This document shows positions 49,386-57,413 of a DNA stretch of 64,000 nucleotides, one piece after another. The stretch comes from Gaiellaceae bacterium. Its GTDB lineage: Bacteria; Actinomycetota; Thermoleophilia; Gaiellales; Gaiellaceae. The stretch lies in NCBI GenBank assembly GCA_049644305.1, contig JBARRQ010000111.1, forward strand, positions 4,712-68,711, in the 5' to 3' direction. The notes below the pieces were generated by a model that searched no databases, was not told the DNA's origin, and saw only the letters and a program-made list of their open reading frames with translations. Each line of letters begins with the position of its first letter. Position 1 is the stretch's first letter. The position numbers were made by a program, and so were the translations under genes.

Positions 49386-50557
49386 CCGTCCGGCGATCCG
49401 GCGATCCGCAGTTCGGGCACGGTCGGCTCCTCAGGCTCAGGCGCCATCTCGGACAACGGCCGGTCGTGCTCGATTCCGACCGCCTTCCGCTTCAGCGCAA
49501 GCTCGAGGGCGACAAGGAAGTCGTGGCGGTTCGTGGCTGCGTTGGCCGCCACATCCCGGTCGATCTCGCCCGAGAGGACGAGCTCGATTAGCGCGTTGGT
49601 GAACGTCTGCATGTCGAAGAAGTCGCCGTCCGCGATCGCGTCCGGGATCTCCTCGATCTTCTGCTCGCGGATCAGGTCGGCAATGCGCGCGTTCGAGACC
49701 ATCACCTCGACCGCTGCGACGCGTCCGCCCTGGACGCGGGGCAATAGACGCTGGCTCACCACCCCCTGCAGGACGCCCGCGAGAATCGAGCGGATCTGCT
49801 CCTGCTTGACCGCGGGGAAGAACTCGATCAGCCGGTTGATCGTCTCGGCTGCGTCGATCGTGTGCATCGTCGAGAAGACCAGGTGGCCCGACTCGGCAGC
49901 CTTGAGCGCGGTCTCGGCCGTCTCCGCGTCCCGGAGCTCACCGACGAGGATCACGTCCGGGTCCTGGCGCAGCACGCGGCGGGCGGCGGCGAGAAACGAT
50001 TCCGTGTCGAGGCCGACTTCCCGCTGGTTGACGATGCAGCCCTGGTCGGCATGCAGGATCTCGATCGGGTCCTCGATCGTTACGATGTGCAGCCTGCGAG
50101 AGCGGTTGATGTGGTCGATGATCGTTGCGAGCGTCGTCGTCTTCCCCGAGCCTGTCGCGCCTGTGCAGAGGACGAGCCCGCGGTGCTCCTCGGCGAGGCG
50201 GCGAACGCCCTTCGGCAGCCGCAGTTCCTCGAAGCTCGGCACGTTCTTGGGGATGACGCGAAAGGCGAACGAGATCGATCCGCGCTGGCGGAAGCCGTTG
50301 ACGCGAAAGCGCGGAAGGTCGTTCGCCGTGTACGCGATGTCGAGCTCACCGGACTCGTGGAAGGCGGCGAGCTTTGCCGGGGCGAGCTCCGCGACGGTCG
50401 CAAGAGTCGCCTCGAGATCGCCCTCGCGCAGCGGAGGGTGGTCGGGGAGCAGGCCGAGCTCGCCGTCCCGCCGCAGGACAGGCGGCTGGCCGGACTTCAG
50501 GTGGATATCGCTCGCGCCGAGTTCCACGGCGCGCCCGAGGACGGCGTTCAGGTCCAC
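49382..50557 (-). CDS. Second PilT/PilU-family retraction ATPase
   Basis: GATGSGKTT, ILVGELRD, GHLVFSTMHT, ARIADLIRE. ATGA overlap with the downstream hydrolase gene. Confidence 0.9.
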   Translation of the reverse strand: MDLNAVLGRAVELGASDIHLKSGQPPVLRRDGELGLLPDHPPLREGDLEATLATVAELAPAKLAAFHESGELDIAYTANDLPRFRVNGFRQRGSISFAFRVIPKNVPSFEELRLPKGVRRLAEEHRGLVLCTGATGSGKTTTLATIIDHINRSRRLHIVTIEDPIEILHADQGCIVNQREVGLDTESFLAAARRVLRQDPDVILVGELRDAETAETALKAAESGHLVFSTMHTIDAAETINRLIEFFPAVKQEQIRSILAGVLQGVVSQRLLPRVQGGRVAAVEVMVSNARIADLIREQKIEEIPDAIADGDFFDMQTFTNALIELVLSGEIDRDVAANAATNRHDFLVALELALKRKAVGIEHDRPLSEMAPEPEEPTVPELRIAGSPDG

Positions 50558-50630
50558 GACGGAGCAGATCGGCAGCTACGCGACCGCGCTTGAGAGATAC
50601 GTCAGATCGAACGCGTCGCGAGTTGCGCTT

Positions 50631-51767
50631 CTAGCGCCCTAGAGCGTCGACCAGTTTCAGCGGAGCTCGAACGAGGCCCTGAGCTTCGCCGGGGTGCGCG
50701 ACGTCGCCGCGCAGGAACGCAGCCGTGAAGCCCCAGACGAGCGGCAGGCGTACAACTTCGTAAACCAGGCGCGGGAAGCGCTCGAGCGCCAGCTTCGCCT
50801 TCCACGATGCCGCCAGCGCCCGACCGAGCGCGGCGTCGAGGCTGGCCCCGTAGTGCTCGAGGCTGGGGCGTCGGCCGGCGAGCAGATCCAGCGCGGTCTC
50901 CGCGGCGAGGCGGGCGCTGACGAGCGCCTCGTAGATCCCGTCTCCCGAGAGCGGATCGACGAGACCCGCTGCGTCGCCGACGAGCATTACGCGACCGCGG
51001 TGAGCAGACTCGCCGGGACGGCGCATCGGAAGCCGGTAGCCCCTCAGGCCCGCGAGCTGCTCGCTGGGCAAGTGGTATGCGGCGCAGGCGCGCTCGAGGT
51101 GCTCGCGGAGGCGTGGGCCCTCCGACTCCCAGCCGCCGACGCCAACGTTGACGTGGTCCCCTTTCGGGAAGACCCACGCGTAGCCGCCTGGGACGGCCCC
51201 GAGCTCGACCACCGCCCGGCCACGCCAGCGTTCCTCGCGCGCGTGAACATAAGAGACGTTCCCCTCCAGCGCGACCCCGTGGCGCCGTGGGCCGACACCG
51301 AGCGTCCGCGCCGCGAGCCCGTTGACTCCGTCGGCCCCGATCACGACCGGTGCGACGGCAGCGCCGCCGTCGAAGCGAACCACCGCTTCGCTCGGCTCGG
51401 GCTCGAGCGCGGTCGCGCGCAGGCCGTCACGGAAGTCGGCCCCCGCCGCCGCGGCCTGCTCTGCGAGGTGGGCGTCGAGTCGCCGCCGCTGCGTCATCAG
51501 GATCAGAGGCCCCTTTGAGCCGCGCTCGAACCGCGGGCCGTACCGGAAGCCGAGCTCGAACCGATGAACCACGTCCTCGACGACCGCGTCCACAGGAAAC
51601 GGCAGCTGGCGAACGGCCCTGTACGTCAAGCCGCCGCCGCAGGGCTTGTCGCGCGGGAAGCGCTCGCGGTCGAGTAGCAGCACACGGGCGCCGGTGCGGG
51701 CCAGGCGGAAGGCAGCGGTCGAGCCCGCCGGCCCGGCCCCGACGACGATCGCGTCGAAGCGCTCCAC
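50631..51767 (-). CDS. Geranylgeranyl reductase-family FAD-dependent oxidoreductase
   Basis: FDAIVVGAGPAGSTAA dinucleotide fold and …DKPCGGGL… The start is set provisionally at GTG 51767; the track ORF extends to 51914. Confidence 0.8.
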   Translation of the reverse strand: MERFDAIVVGAGPAGSTAAFRLARTGARVLLLDRERFPRDKPCGGGLTYRAVRQLPFPVDAVVEDVVHRFELGFRYGPRFERGSKGPLILMTQRRRLDAHLAEQAAAAGADFRDGLRATALEPEPSEAVVRFDGGAAVAPVVIGADGVNGLAARTLGVGPRRHGVALEGNVSYVHAREERWRGRAVVELGAVPGGYAWVFPKGDHVNVGVGGWESEGPRLREHLERACAAYHLPSEQLAGLRGYRLPMRRPGESAHRGRVMLVGDAAGLVDPLSGDGIYEALVSARLAAETALDLLAGRRPSLEHYGASLDAALGRALAASWKAKLALERFPRLVYEVVRLPLVWGFTAAFLRGDVAHPGEAQGLVRAPLKLVDALGR

Positions 51768-51843
51768 CCGCCCATCGTACGGGTCTTGAAGCCCTGCGGG
51801 CACCTGAGTAGAGTCGGTCGCCAGCGAACCGGAGGAGAGGGCA

Positions 51844-53238
51844 ATGGCTTCAGGGATCGAGCTGGCGACCGGCGAGGTCGAGGCGTTCGCAGCAGGATTG
51901 CAAGGAGGCGTCACCCGTCCGGTCGATTCGGGCTACGACGAAGCTCGCGCGCTGCACAACGGCATGATCGACAAGCGTCCGGCCCTGATCGCGCTGTGCG
52001 CAAGCGTCGACGACGTCGTCGAGGCCGTGAACTTCGGCCGCAAGCAGGGCGTCGACATTGCAATCCGCTGCGGCGGCCACAACGGCGCCGGGCTCGGAAG
52101 CGTCGACGACGGCCTCCTGATCGACCTCGGAGGTCTCAAGAGCATCGCGGTCGACCCGGAGGCGCGCACGGCGAAGATCGGCGGCGGCTGCCTGCTGGGC
52201 GACGTCGATGCGGCGACGCACGAGCACGGGCTTGCGACTCCCGGCGGAATCATCTCGACGACCGGTGCCGGCGGCCTGATACTCGGAGGCGGAATCGGCC
52301 ACCTGACGAGGAAGTGCGGCCTCTCGATCGACAACATCCTCGGCGCGGAGGTCGTCCTCGCGGACGGCAGCGTGGTCAACGCCGACGAGAAGACCAACGC
52401 CGACCTCTTCTGGGCGATCCGTGGCGGCGGCGGCAACTTCGGCGTCGTCACGTCCCTCACGCTCAGGCTCCACCCGGTCGGGACCGTCGTCGCGGGCCCG
52501 ATGTTCTGGCCGATCGAGCGAACGGGCGACATTCTCCGCTGGTATCGCGAGTTCATCCTGAACGCGCCCGAGGATCTGAACGGCTTTTTCGCGTTCGCGA
52601 GCGTTCCGCCCGCCCCGCCCTTCCCGGAGGAACTTCACCTGCGGAAGGTCGCAGCCGTCATCTGGTGCTGGGCCGGCCCGGAAGAGGGGGCCGAGGAGGC
52701 GCTCGCCGAGCCTCGGGCGCAGCCGGAGTTGCTGCTCGACGGCGTTCAGCCGATGCCGCTGCCGGCGCTGCAGAGCGCTTTTGACGAGCTCTACCCGCCC
52801 GGCGACCAGTGGTACTGGCGTGCCGACTTCGTCGAGGAGATCCCTGACGAGGCGATCGAGCGGCACACCGAGTTCGGCGAGAAGATGCCGACGTGGAAGT
52901 CCACGATGCACCTCTATCCCATCGACGGTGCAGCCCACAGGGTGGGCCCGACCGAGACTCCGTGGGGCTATCGCAATGCCAACTGGGGGATGGTGATGGC
53001 CGGAGTCGACCCGGATCCCGCCAACGCCCCGCCGATCACGTCCTGGTCGATCGACTACTGGGAGGCGATGCACCCGTACTCGGCAGGCGGTGCCTACGTG
53101 AACATGATGATGGAGGAGGGTCAGGAGCGCGTGCAGGCGAGCTACGGAGAGAACTACGAGCGGCTCGCGAAGATCAAGGCGGCGTACGATCCGGACAACC
53201 TCTTCCATGTGAACCAGAACATCCGACCGGCGAGCTGA
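51844..53238 (+). CDS. FAD-linked oxidase (FAD_binding_4 plus berberine-bridge-enzyme-like C-terminus)
   Basis: …RCGGHNGAG…, …WAIRGGGGNFGVVT…, and a C-terminal YDPDNLFHVNQNIRP. Confidence 0.88.
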   Translation: MASGIELATGEVEAFAAGLQGGVTRPVDSGYDEARALHNGMIDKRPALIALCASVDDVVEAVNFGRKQGVDIAIRCGGHNGAGLGSVDDGLLIDLGGLKSIAVDPEARTAKIGGGCLLGDVDAATHEHGLATPGGIISTTGAGGLILGGGIGHLTRKCGLSIDNILGAEVVLADGSVVNADEKTNADLFWAIRGGGGNFGVVTSLTLRLHPVGTVVAGPMFWPIERTGDILRWYREFILNAPEDLNGFFAFASVPPAPPFPEELHLRKVAAVIWCWAGPEEGAEEALAEPRAQPELLLDGVQPMPLPALQSAFDELYPPGDQWYWRADFVEEIPDEAIERHTEFGEKMPTWKSTMHLYPIDGAAHRVGPTETPWGYRNANWGMVMAGVDPDPANAPPITSWSIDYWEAMHPYSAGGAYVNMMMEEGQERVQASYGENYERLAKIKAAYDPDNLFHVNQNIRPAS

Positions 53239-53249
53239 AAGGGAGGTCC

Positions 53250-53531
53250 GTGCCTAGGTATCTAGTCGTCAGGACGTTCGATGTCACGGAAGATGAGATG
53301 CCCGAGGTCGGCAGCCGCTCCCGCAAGATGATCGAGGAGGTTTACCCGCAGATCGTCTGGGAGCACAGCCACGTGGTCGTCCTCGAGGACGGCCGGGTGA
53401 TGACGTACTGTGTCTACGACGCGCCGAGCGAGGACGTCGTCAGGCAGCACGCACTGGATCTCGGCAAGCACACAGTCGATCATGTCCACGAGATCGCCGG
53501 CGACGTGACGCCCGCCGACTTCCCGGTCTAG
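53250..53531 (+). CDS. DUF4242-like small protein (SCO4226-type)
   Basis: VPRYLVVRTFDV…TYCVYDAPSEDVVRQHA… GTG start with a GGGAGG RBS. Confidence 0.65.
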   Translation: MPRYLVVRTFDVTEDEMPEVGSRSRKMIEEVYPQIVWEHSHVVVLEDGRVMTYCVYDAPSEDVVRQHALDLGKHTVDHVHEIAGDVTPADFPV

Positions 53532-53542
53532 CTTCCCCTTCT

Positions 53543-53562
53543 AGGCATCGCTTGCGATGCCG
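53543..53562. repeat. Copy B of the 20-nt palindromic element AGGCATCGCTTGCGATGCCG; possible bidirectional terminator
   Basis: It lies between convergent stops (53531 and 53584) and is identical to the reverse complement of 17952-17971. Confidence 0.6.
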
Positions 53563-53583
53563 GCACGCAACTCGGAGCCGTTC

Positions 53584-55659
53584 CTAAGTCTCGCGCATCA
53601 GCTGCCGCGCGTCTGGAATGTGGAGGGCCGCGGCGCGCGCCAGCGCGAGACGGCGCCGGAGCAGGGCGAGCTGCTCGACGCCGTCTTCGGGGACGAGGTC
53701 GAGCGCCTCCCGATAGAGAATCGCTGCCTGGTCCTTCGCCCAGCCACGCTCTGCCTGCTCGCCGGCCCGGATGAAGTAGCCGATCGCGCGCTCGGAGTCG
53801 CCGGCATCCCGCCAGTGACGGGCCAGCGCGGTGCCGGCTTCTCCTACCTCGGCCGTCGATTCCTCGAAGAACTCCGCCACATGCGTGTGCCGTTCGCGGC
53901 GCTCGGCCCGGGGAAGGAGCTCGTAGGCGACCTCCCGGATCAGCACATGCTTGAAGCTGAACTGCTGCTCTCCTTCGATGATCGAGGCCGTCTCGCGCAC
54001 GATCAGGTCGCGCCCCTCGAGCGCGCCGAGGAGCTCTGGAATCCCCTCCGGGGCTCCGGCAATCCGCTCGAGGGCGCCGCGCCAGAACGTCTTGCCCACG
54101 ACCGCCGCATCGAGCAGAAGCGACCGCTCCCGCGCCGGCAGTGCGTCGAGCCGGGCCGCGAGAATGCCCCTGATCGTCGTCGGGAGCGATCCCGCGCCGG
54201 ACGACGAGGCCTCCGCCATCGTGGCTGCAAGCTGCTCGATGAAGAGCGGGTTCCCCTCGGCGGTCTCCGCAAGCCGGGCGGCATCGTCTCGGCTGAGGCC
54301 GCCTAGCTTGAGCAGGGCGAGCTCTTGGGCCTCGTCTGAGTTCAGCGGGGCGAGGGGCATTGCCGTGTACGCGGGCAAACCGCCTCCCCACGCCGGCCTC
54401 GCGTCCAGTAGCTCGGGTCTCGCGAGCGTGAGCAGGAGGATCGGGAGGTCGCGCAGCCTGGCCGCCAGCAGCTCGACCAGGTCGAGGAGGCCGCGGTCGG
54501 CCCAGTGGATGTCCTCGAGAACGAGCACCGTCGGCTGATCGCGCGCGACGGCCTCGATGAAGCAGCGGACGGAGAAGAACAGCTCTTCTCGATTGTCGAC
54601 CGATCCTTCATCGAGGCCCAGCAGGATCGCGAGGTGCCTGGCGACCGTCTCGGGATCGGCAGACGAAGGAAGATCGGCGACCCGCTCACGGAGCTTGGCC
54701 AGGCCAACTTCGGGCGGATCGCTCTCGAAGATCCCGCACAGCACCTTGACCTGGGTCGAGAAGGCGAAGTACGCGCTGCTCTCGCGGTATGGAAGGGATC
54801 TCCCGTGGACTGTCCGGCCGCCGAGCTCCTCGACCACTCGGTCGAACTCCTGCGCCAGGCGCGTCTTCCCGATCCCGGCAGACCCGAGCACGGTGACCAG
54901 GTGGGGCACCCGCTCATCGGCGACGCGCTGCCAGATTCCACGGAGCACATCCAACTCCCGCGCGCGGCCCACGAGCACGCCAGAGAGCCTTCGTTCGCCG
55001 GTCGGGAGCAAGGGGCGGACGGCAATCCACGCTTGGACGGGCGCAGCCTTCCCCTTCGCGTCCACCGCAGGCGCCGGCTCGTACGAGATCATTTCCCGCG
55101 TCGCGGCGTACGTGGCCTCCCCCACGATGACGCCGTTCACCGGCGCCGCCTGCTGCAGTCGCGAAGCCGTGTTCACGACGTCGCCCGCGACCATGGATTC
55201 GCCCAGCGCGGGTCGCGCCCCCAGCGAGACCAGCGCCTCTCCCGTGTTGACGGCGATCCGCAGCTGCAGATCGAGACTCAGCTCGCGCTCGTCCACCTCC
55301 CGCACGCTGTCCCGGACGGCGAGCGCAGCTCGAACGGCCCGTTCGGGGTCGTCCCCGTAAGCGGTCGGGGCGCCGAAGACGGCCACTATCGCGTCTCCGA
55401 TGAACTTCTCGACCACGCCGCCGAAGGACTCGAGCTCGCCGCGAACCAGGTCGTGGTACGGCGTCAGCACCCCCCGGACATCCTCGGGGTCGAGGCCTTC
55501 CGCACGCGCCGTGAATCCGACCAGGTCGACGAAGACAATCGAGACGATCCGCCGCTCGTCGCGGGCCCCGGTGGCAGCGACGTCGAGCGCCTGCCCGCAA
55601 GCGAAGCAGAACCGGGCGGCGTCCGGGTTCTCCTGCCCGCAGCTCGCGCACTGGATCAC
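53584..55659 (-). CDS. Zinc-ribbon / class III adenylate-guanylate cyclase / AAA (STAND-like) ATPase / TPR-like protein, 691 aa
   Basis: CASCGQENPDAARFCFACG; cyclase motifs IVFVDLVGFT, KFIGDAIVAVFG, RIAVNTGEA, VVNTASRLQ; P-loop GSAGIGKTRL; helical repeat C-terminus. Confidence 0.88.
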   Translation of the reverse strand: MIQCASCGQENPDAARFCFACGQALDVAATGARDERRIVSIVFVDLVGFTARAEGLDPEDVRGVLTPYHDLVRGELESFGGVVEKFIGDAIVAVFGAPTAYGDDPERAVRAALAVRDSVREVDERELSLDLQLRIAVNTGEALVSLGARPALGESMVAGDVVNTASRLQQAAPVNGVIVGEATYAATREMISYEPAPAVDAKGKAAPVQAWIAVRPLLPTGERRLSGVLVGRARELDVLRGIWQRVADERVPHLVTVLGSAGIGKTRLAQEFDRVVEELGGRTVHGRSLPYRESSAYFAFSTQVKVLCGIFESDPPEVGLAKLRERVADLPSSADPETVARHLAILLGLDEGSVDNREELFFSVRCFIEAVARDQPTVLVLEDIHWADRGLLDLVELLAARLRDLPILLLTLARPELLDARPAWGGGLPAYTAMPLAPLNSDEAQELALLKLGGLSRDDAARLAETAEGNPLFIEQLAATMAEASSSGAGSLPTTIRGILAARLDALPARERSLLLDAAVVGKTFWRGALERIAGAPEGIPELLGALEGRDLIVRETASIIEGEQQFSFKHVLIREVAYELLPRAERRERHTHVAEFFEESTAEVGEAGTALARHWRDAGDSERAIGYFIRAGEQAERGWAKDQAAILYREALDLVPEDGVEQLALLRRRLALARAAALHIPDARQLMRET

Positions 55660-55734
55660 GCTCTAAGCGTACGGCGCGGGCGCGCGCACGACAGAGGCTG
55701 ACGCCCGAACCGCGGCTACAATGGCCGTCCTCCC

Positions 55735-55816
55735 GGGGGTGTGCCCGAGCGGCCAAAGGGAACGGGCTGTAAACCCGTCGGCTCTGCCTACGGAGGTTCG
55801 AATCCTCCCGCCCCCA
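55735..55816 (+). tRNA. tRNA-Tyr (anticodon GTA), class II with a long variable arm
   Basis: Acceptor GGGGGTG/CGCCCCC, anticodon loop CTGTAAA, variable arm CGGCTCTGCCTAC, T-arm GGAGG TTCGAAT CCTCC. A TACAAT box sits 12 nt upstream. CC but not CCA is encoded. Confidence 0.92.
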
Positions 55817-55886
55817 CCTCGGAATCGATCTTCAGCCGCAGGGCGCGTGGCCGAGCCCATCGCGGCGTCAGGGAAGATCCGCACCC

Positions 55887-57314
55887 GTGAAAGCGCGCTC
55901 GCTCGCACCCGAGACACGCAAGTCGCTGACGCTTGCCGCGCTCGTCCTGGCCGCATTCTCGTACGGCCTGCAGCAGACGATGGTGCTGCCGGCCCTCCCG
56001 TTCCTCCAGCACGACCTCCACACCACGACGACGTGGTCGACCTGGATCTTCACCGGCTTCCTGCTCAGCTCGGCGGTGTTGACACCGCTGATCGGGAAGC
56101 TCGGCGACCAGCACGGCAAGGGCCTACTGCTCACGATCAGCCTCGCGATCTTCCTTGTCGGCTGCATAGGCGCCGCCGCGGCGTGGAATATCTGGTCGCT
56201 GATCGCCTTCCGGATCGTGCAGGGTGCCGGGGGTGCGGTCTTCCCGCTCAGCTTCGCGATCATCAAGGACGAGTTCCCGCGCGAGCGCAGCGGCACTGCA
56301 ATTGGCGCTATCTCCGCCGTCTTCGGCGCCGCCGGCGGGTTGGGTCTGCCGCTCTCGGGGGTGATCGTCGACCACCTCTCGTGGCGCTGGCTGTTCGTGA
56401 TCGCAGCTCTCGTCGTCGCGGCCGCAACTGTCGCCGTGATCGCGCTCGTTCCCGAGTCGCCGATCAAGACCCCGACCCGGCTCGACTTGCCCGGAGCGGC
56501 GCTGCTCTCATTGATCCTCGTCGCGTTCCTCCTGGCGTTGAGCGAGGGACAGCACTGGGGCTGGGGCTCAGGCCGCACCATCGGCCTGCTGTTCGTCGCG
56601 GTCGTCACCCTGGCGGTGTGGATCCCGGTCGAGCTGCGCGTGGAGCAGCCGCTCATCGACATGCGCGTGCTGGTGGGGCGAACCGTCGCATTTGCCAACG
56701 CGACCGGGTTCTTCGCCGGGTTCGCGCTCTTCTCGGCGTTCGTGCTGGTCCCGCGCTTCGTCGAGACGCCACGGAGCGTCGGCCTCGACTACGGGTTGGG
56801 CTCGAGCGCTACACAGGCCGGGCTCTTCCTGCTTCCCGGGGCGCTGATCGGCTTGGTCTCCGGCCCCTTCGCAGGCCGGCTCGGAGACAGGTTCGGGTTC
56901 AGGTTTCCGCTTGCGCTCGGGATGATCCTGACCACGCTCGGGCTCGTGCTGCTGGCCGTGTGGCACGACGGTGCCTGGCAGGTAGTGCTGGGAATGACGC
57001 TCGCCGGCGGCGGCGTCCCGCTCTGCTTCGGGGCGATGGCGAAGCTCGTCGTCGACGCCGTCAGGCCGAGCGAGACCGGCATCGCCAGCGGGCTGAACAC
57101 CGTCATGCGCACGATCGGCGGCGTCGTCGGCGGTCAGCTGGGCGCGACGGTGCTCGCGAACAGCACGATCCCCGGCAGCGCCGTGCCGACCGGTTCCGCA
57201 TATACGACCGCGTTCTGGCTCAGCGCTGCGATCGCGGTCTGCGGGGTCGTGACCGCATTGGCGGTCGCGCCGCTGCGCCGCCGCAGACCGGCCGTCGCCC
57301 TGGAGACGGATTGA
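55887..57314 (+). CDS. MFS transporter (DHA2/EmrB-like, ~14 TM)
   Basis: 475-aa polytopic protein with MFS motif A-like GKLGDQHGKG. Confidence 0.88.
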   Translation: MKARSLAPETRKSLTLAALVLAAFSYGLQQTMVLPALPFLQHDLHTTTTWSTWIFTGFLLSSAVLTPLIGKLGDQHGKGLLLTISLAIFLVGCIGAAAAWNIWSLIAFRIVQGAGGAVFPLSFAIIKDEFPRERSGTAIGAISAVFGAAGGLGLPLSGVIVDHLSWRWLFVIAALVVAAATVAVIALVPESPIKTPTRLDLPGAALLSLILVAFLLALSEGQHWGWGSGRTIGLLFVAVVTLAVWIPVELRVEQPLIDMRVLVGRTVAFANATGFFAGFALFSAFVLVPRFVETPRSVGLDYGLGSSATQAGLFLLPGALIGLVSGPFAGRLGDRFGFRFPLALGMILTTLGLVLLAVWHDGAWQVVLGMTLAGGGVPLCFGAMAKLVVDAVRPSETGIASGLNTVMRTIGGVVGGQLGATVLANSTIPGSAVPTGSAYTTAFWLSAAIAVCGVVTALAVAPLRRRRPAVALETD

Positions 57315-57413
57315 CGACAGCCTCGACGAGAGACGCCGAACTCGAGAAGACGGCCTAACTGGTCAAAGCGCCCTCTTAGACCCACGTAGCAGATCGCAGA
57401 GACAGCGTCCGAG

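Noticed and set aside
42001-50557. Interpreting the pilB-pilD-pseudopilin cluster as a type II secretion system or a competence pseudopilus.
   Set aside because: Two PilT-family retraction ATPases, PilM/N/O and bona fide short major pilins are present. No GspC/D/L/M or ComEA/EC-like genes are present.
51850-53208. A 452-aa ORF antisense to the FAD-linked oxidase gene.
   Set aside because: The plus-strand frame carries clear FAD_binding_4/BBE motifs. The antisense frame is compositionally biased and has no motifs.
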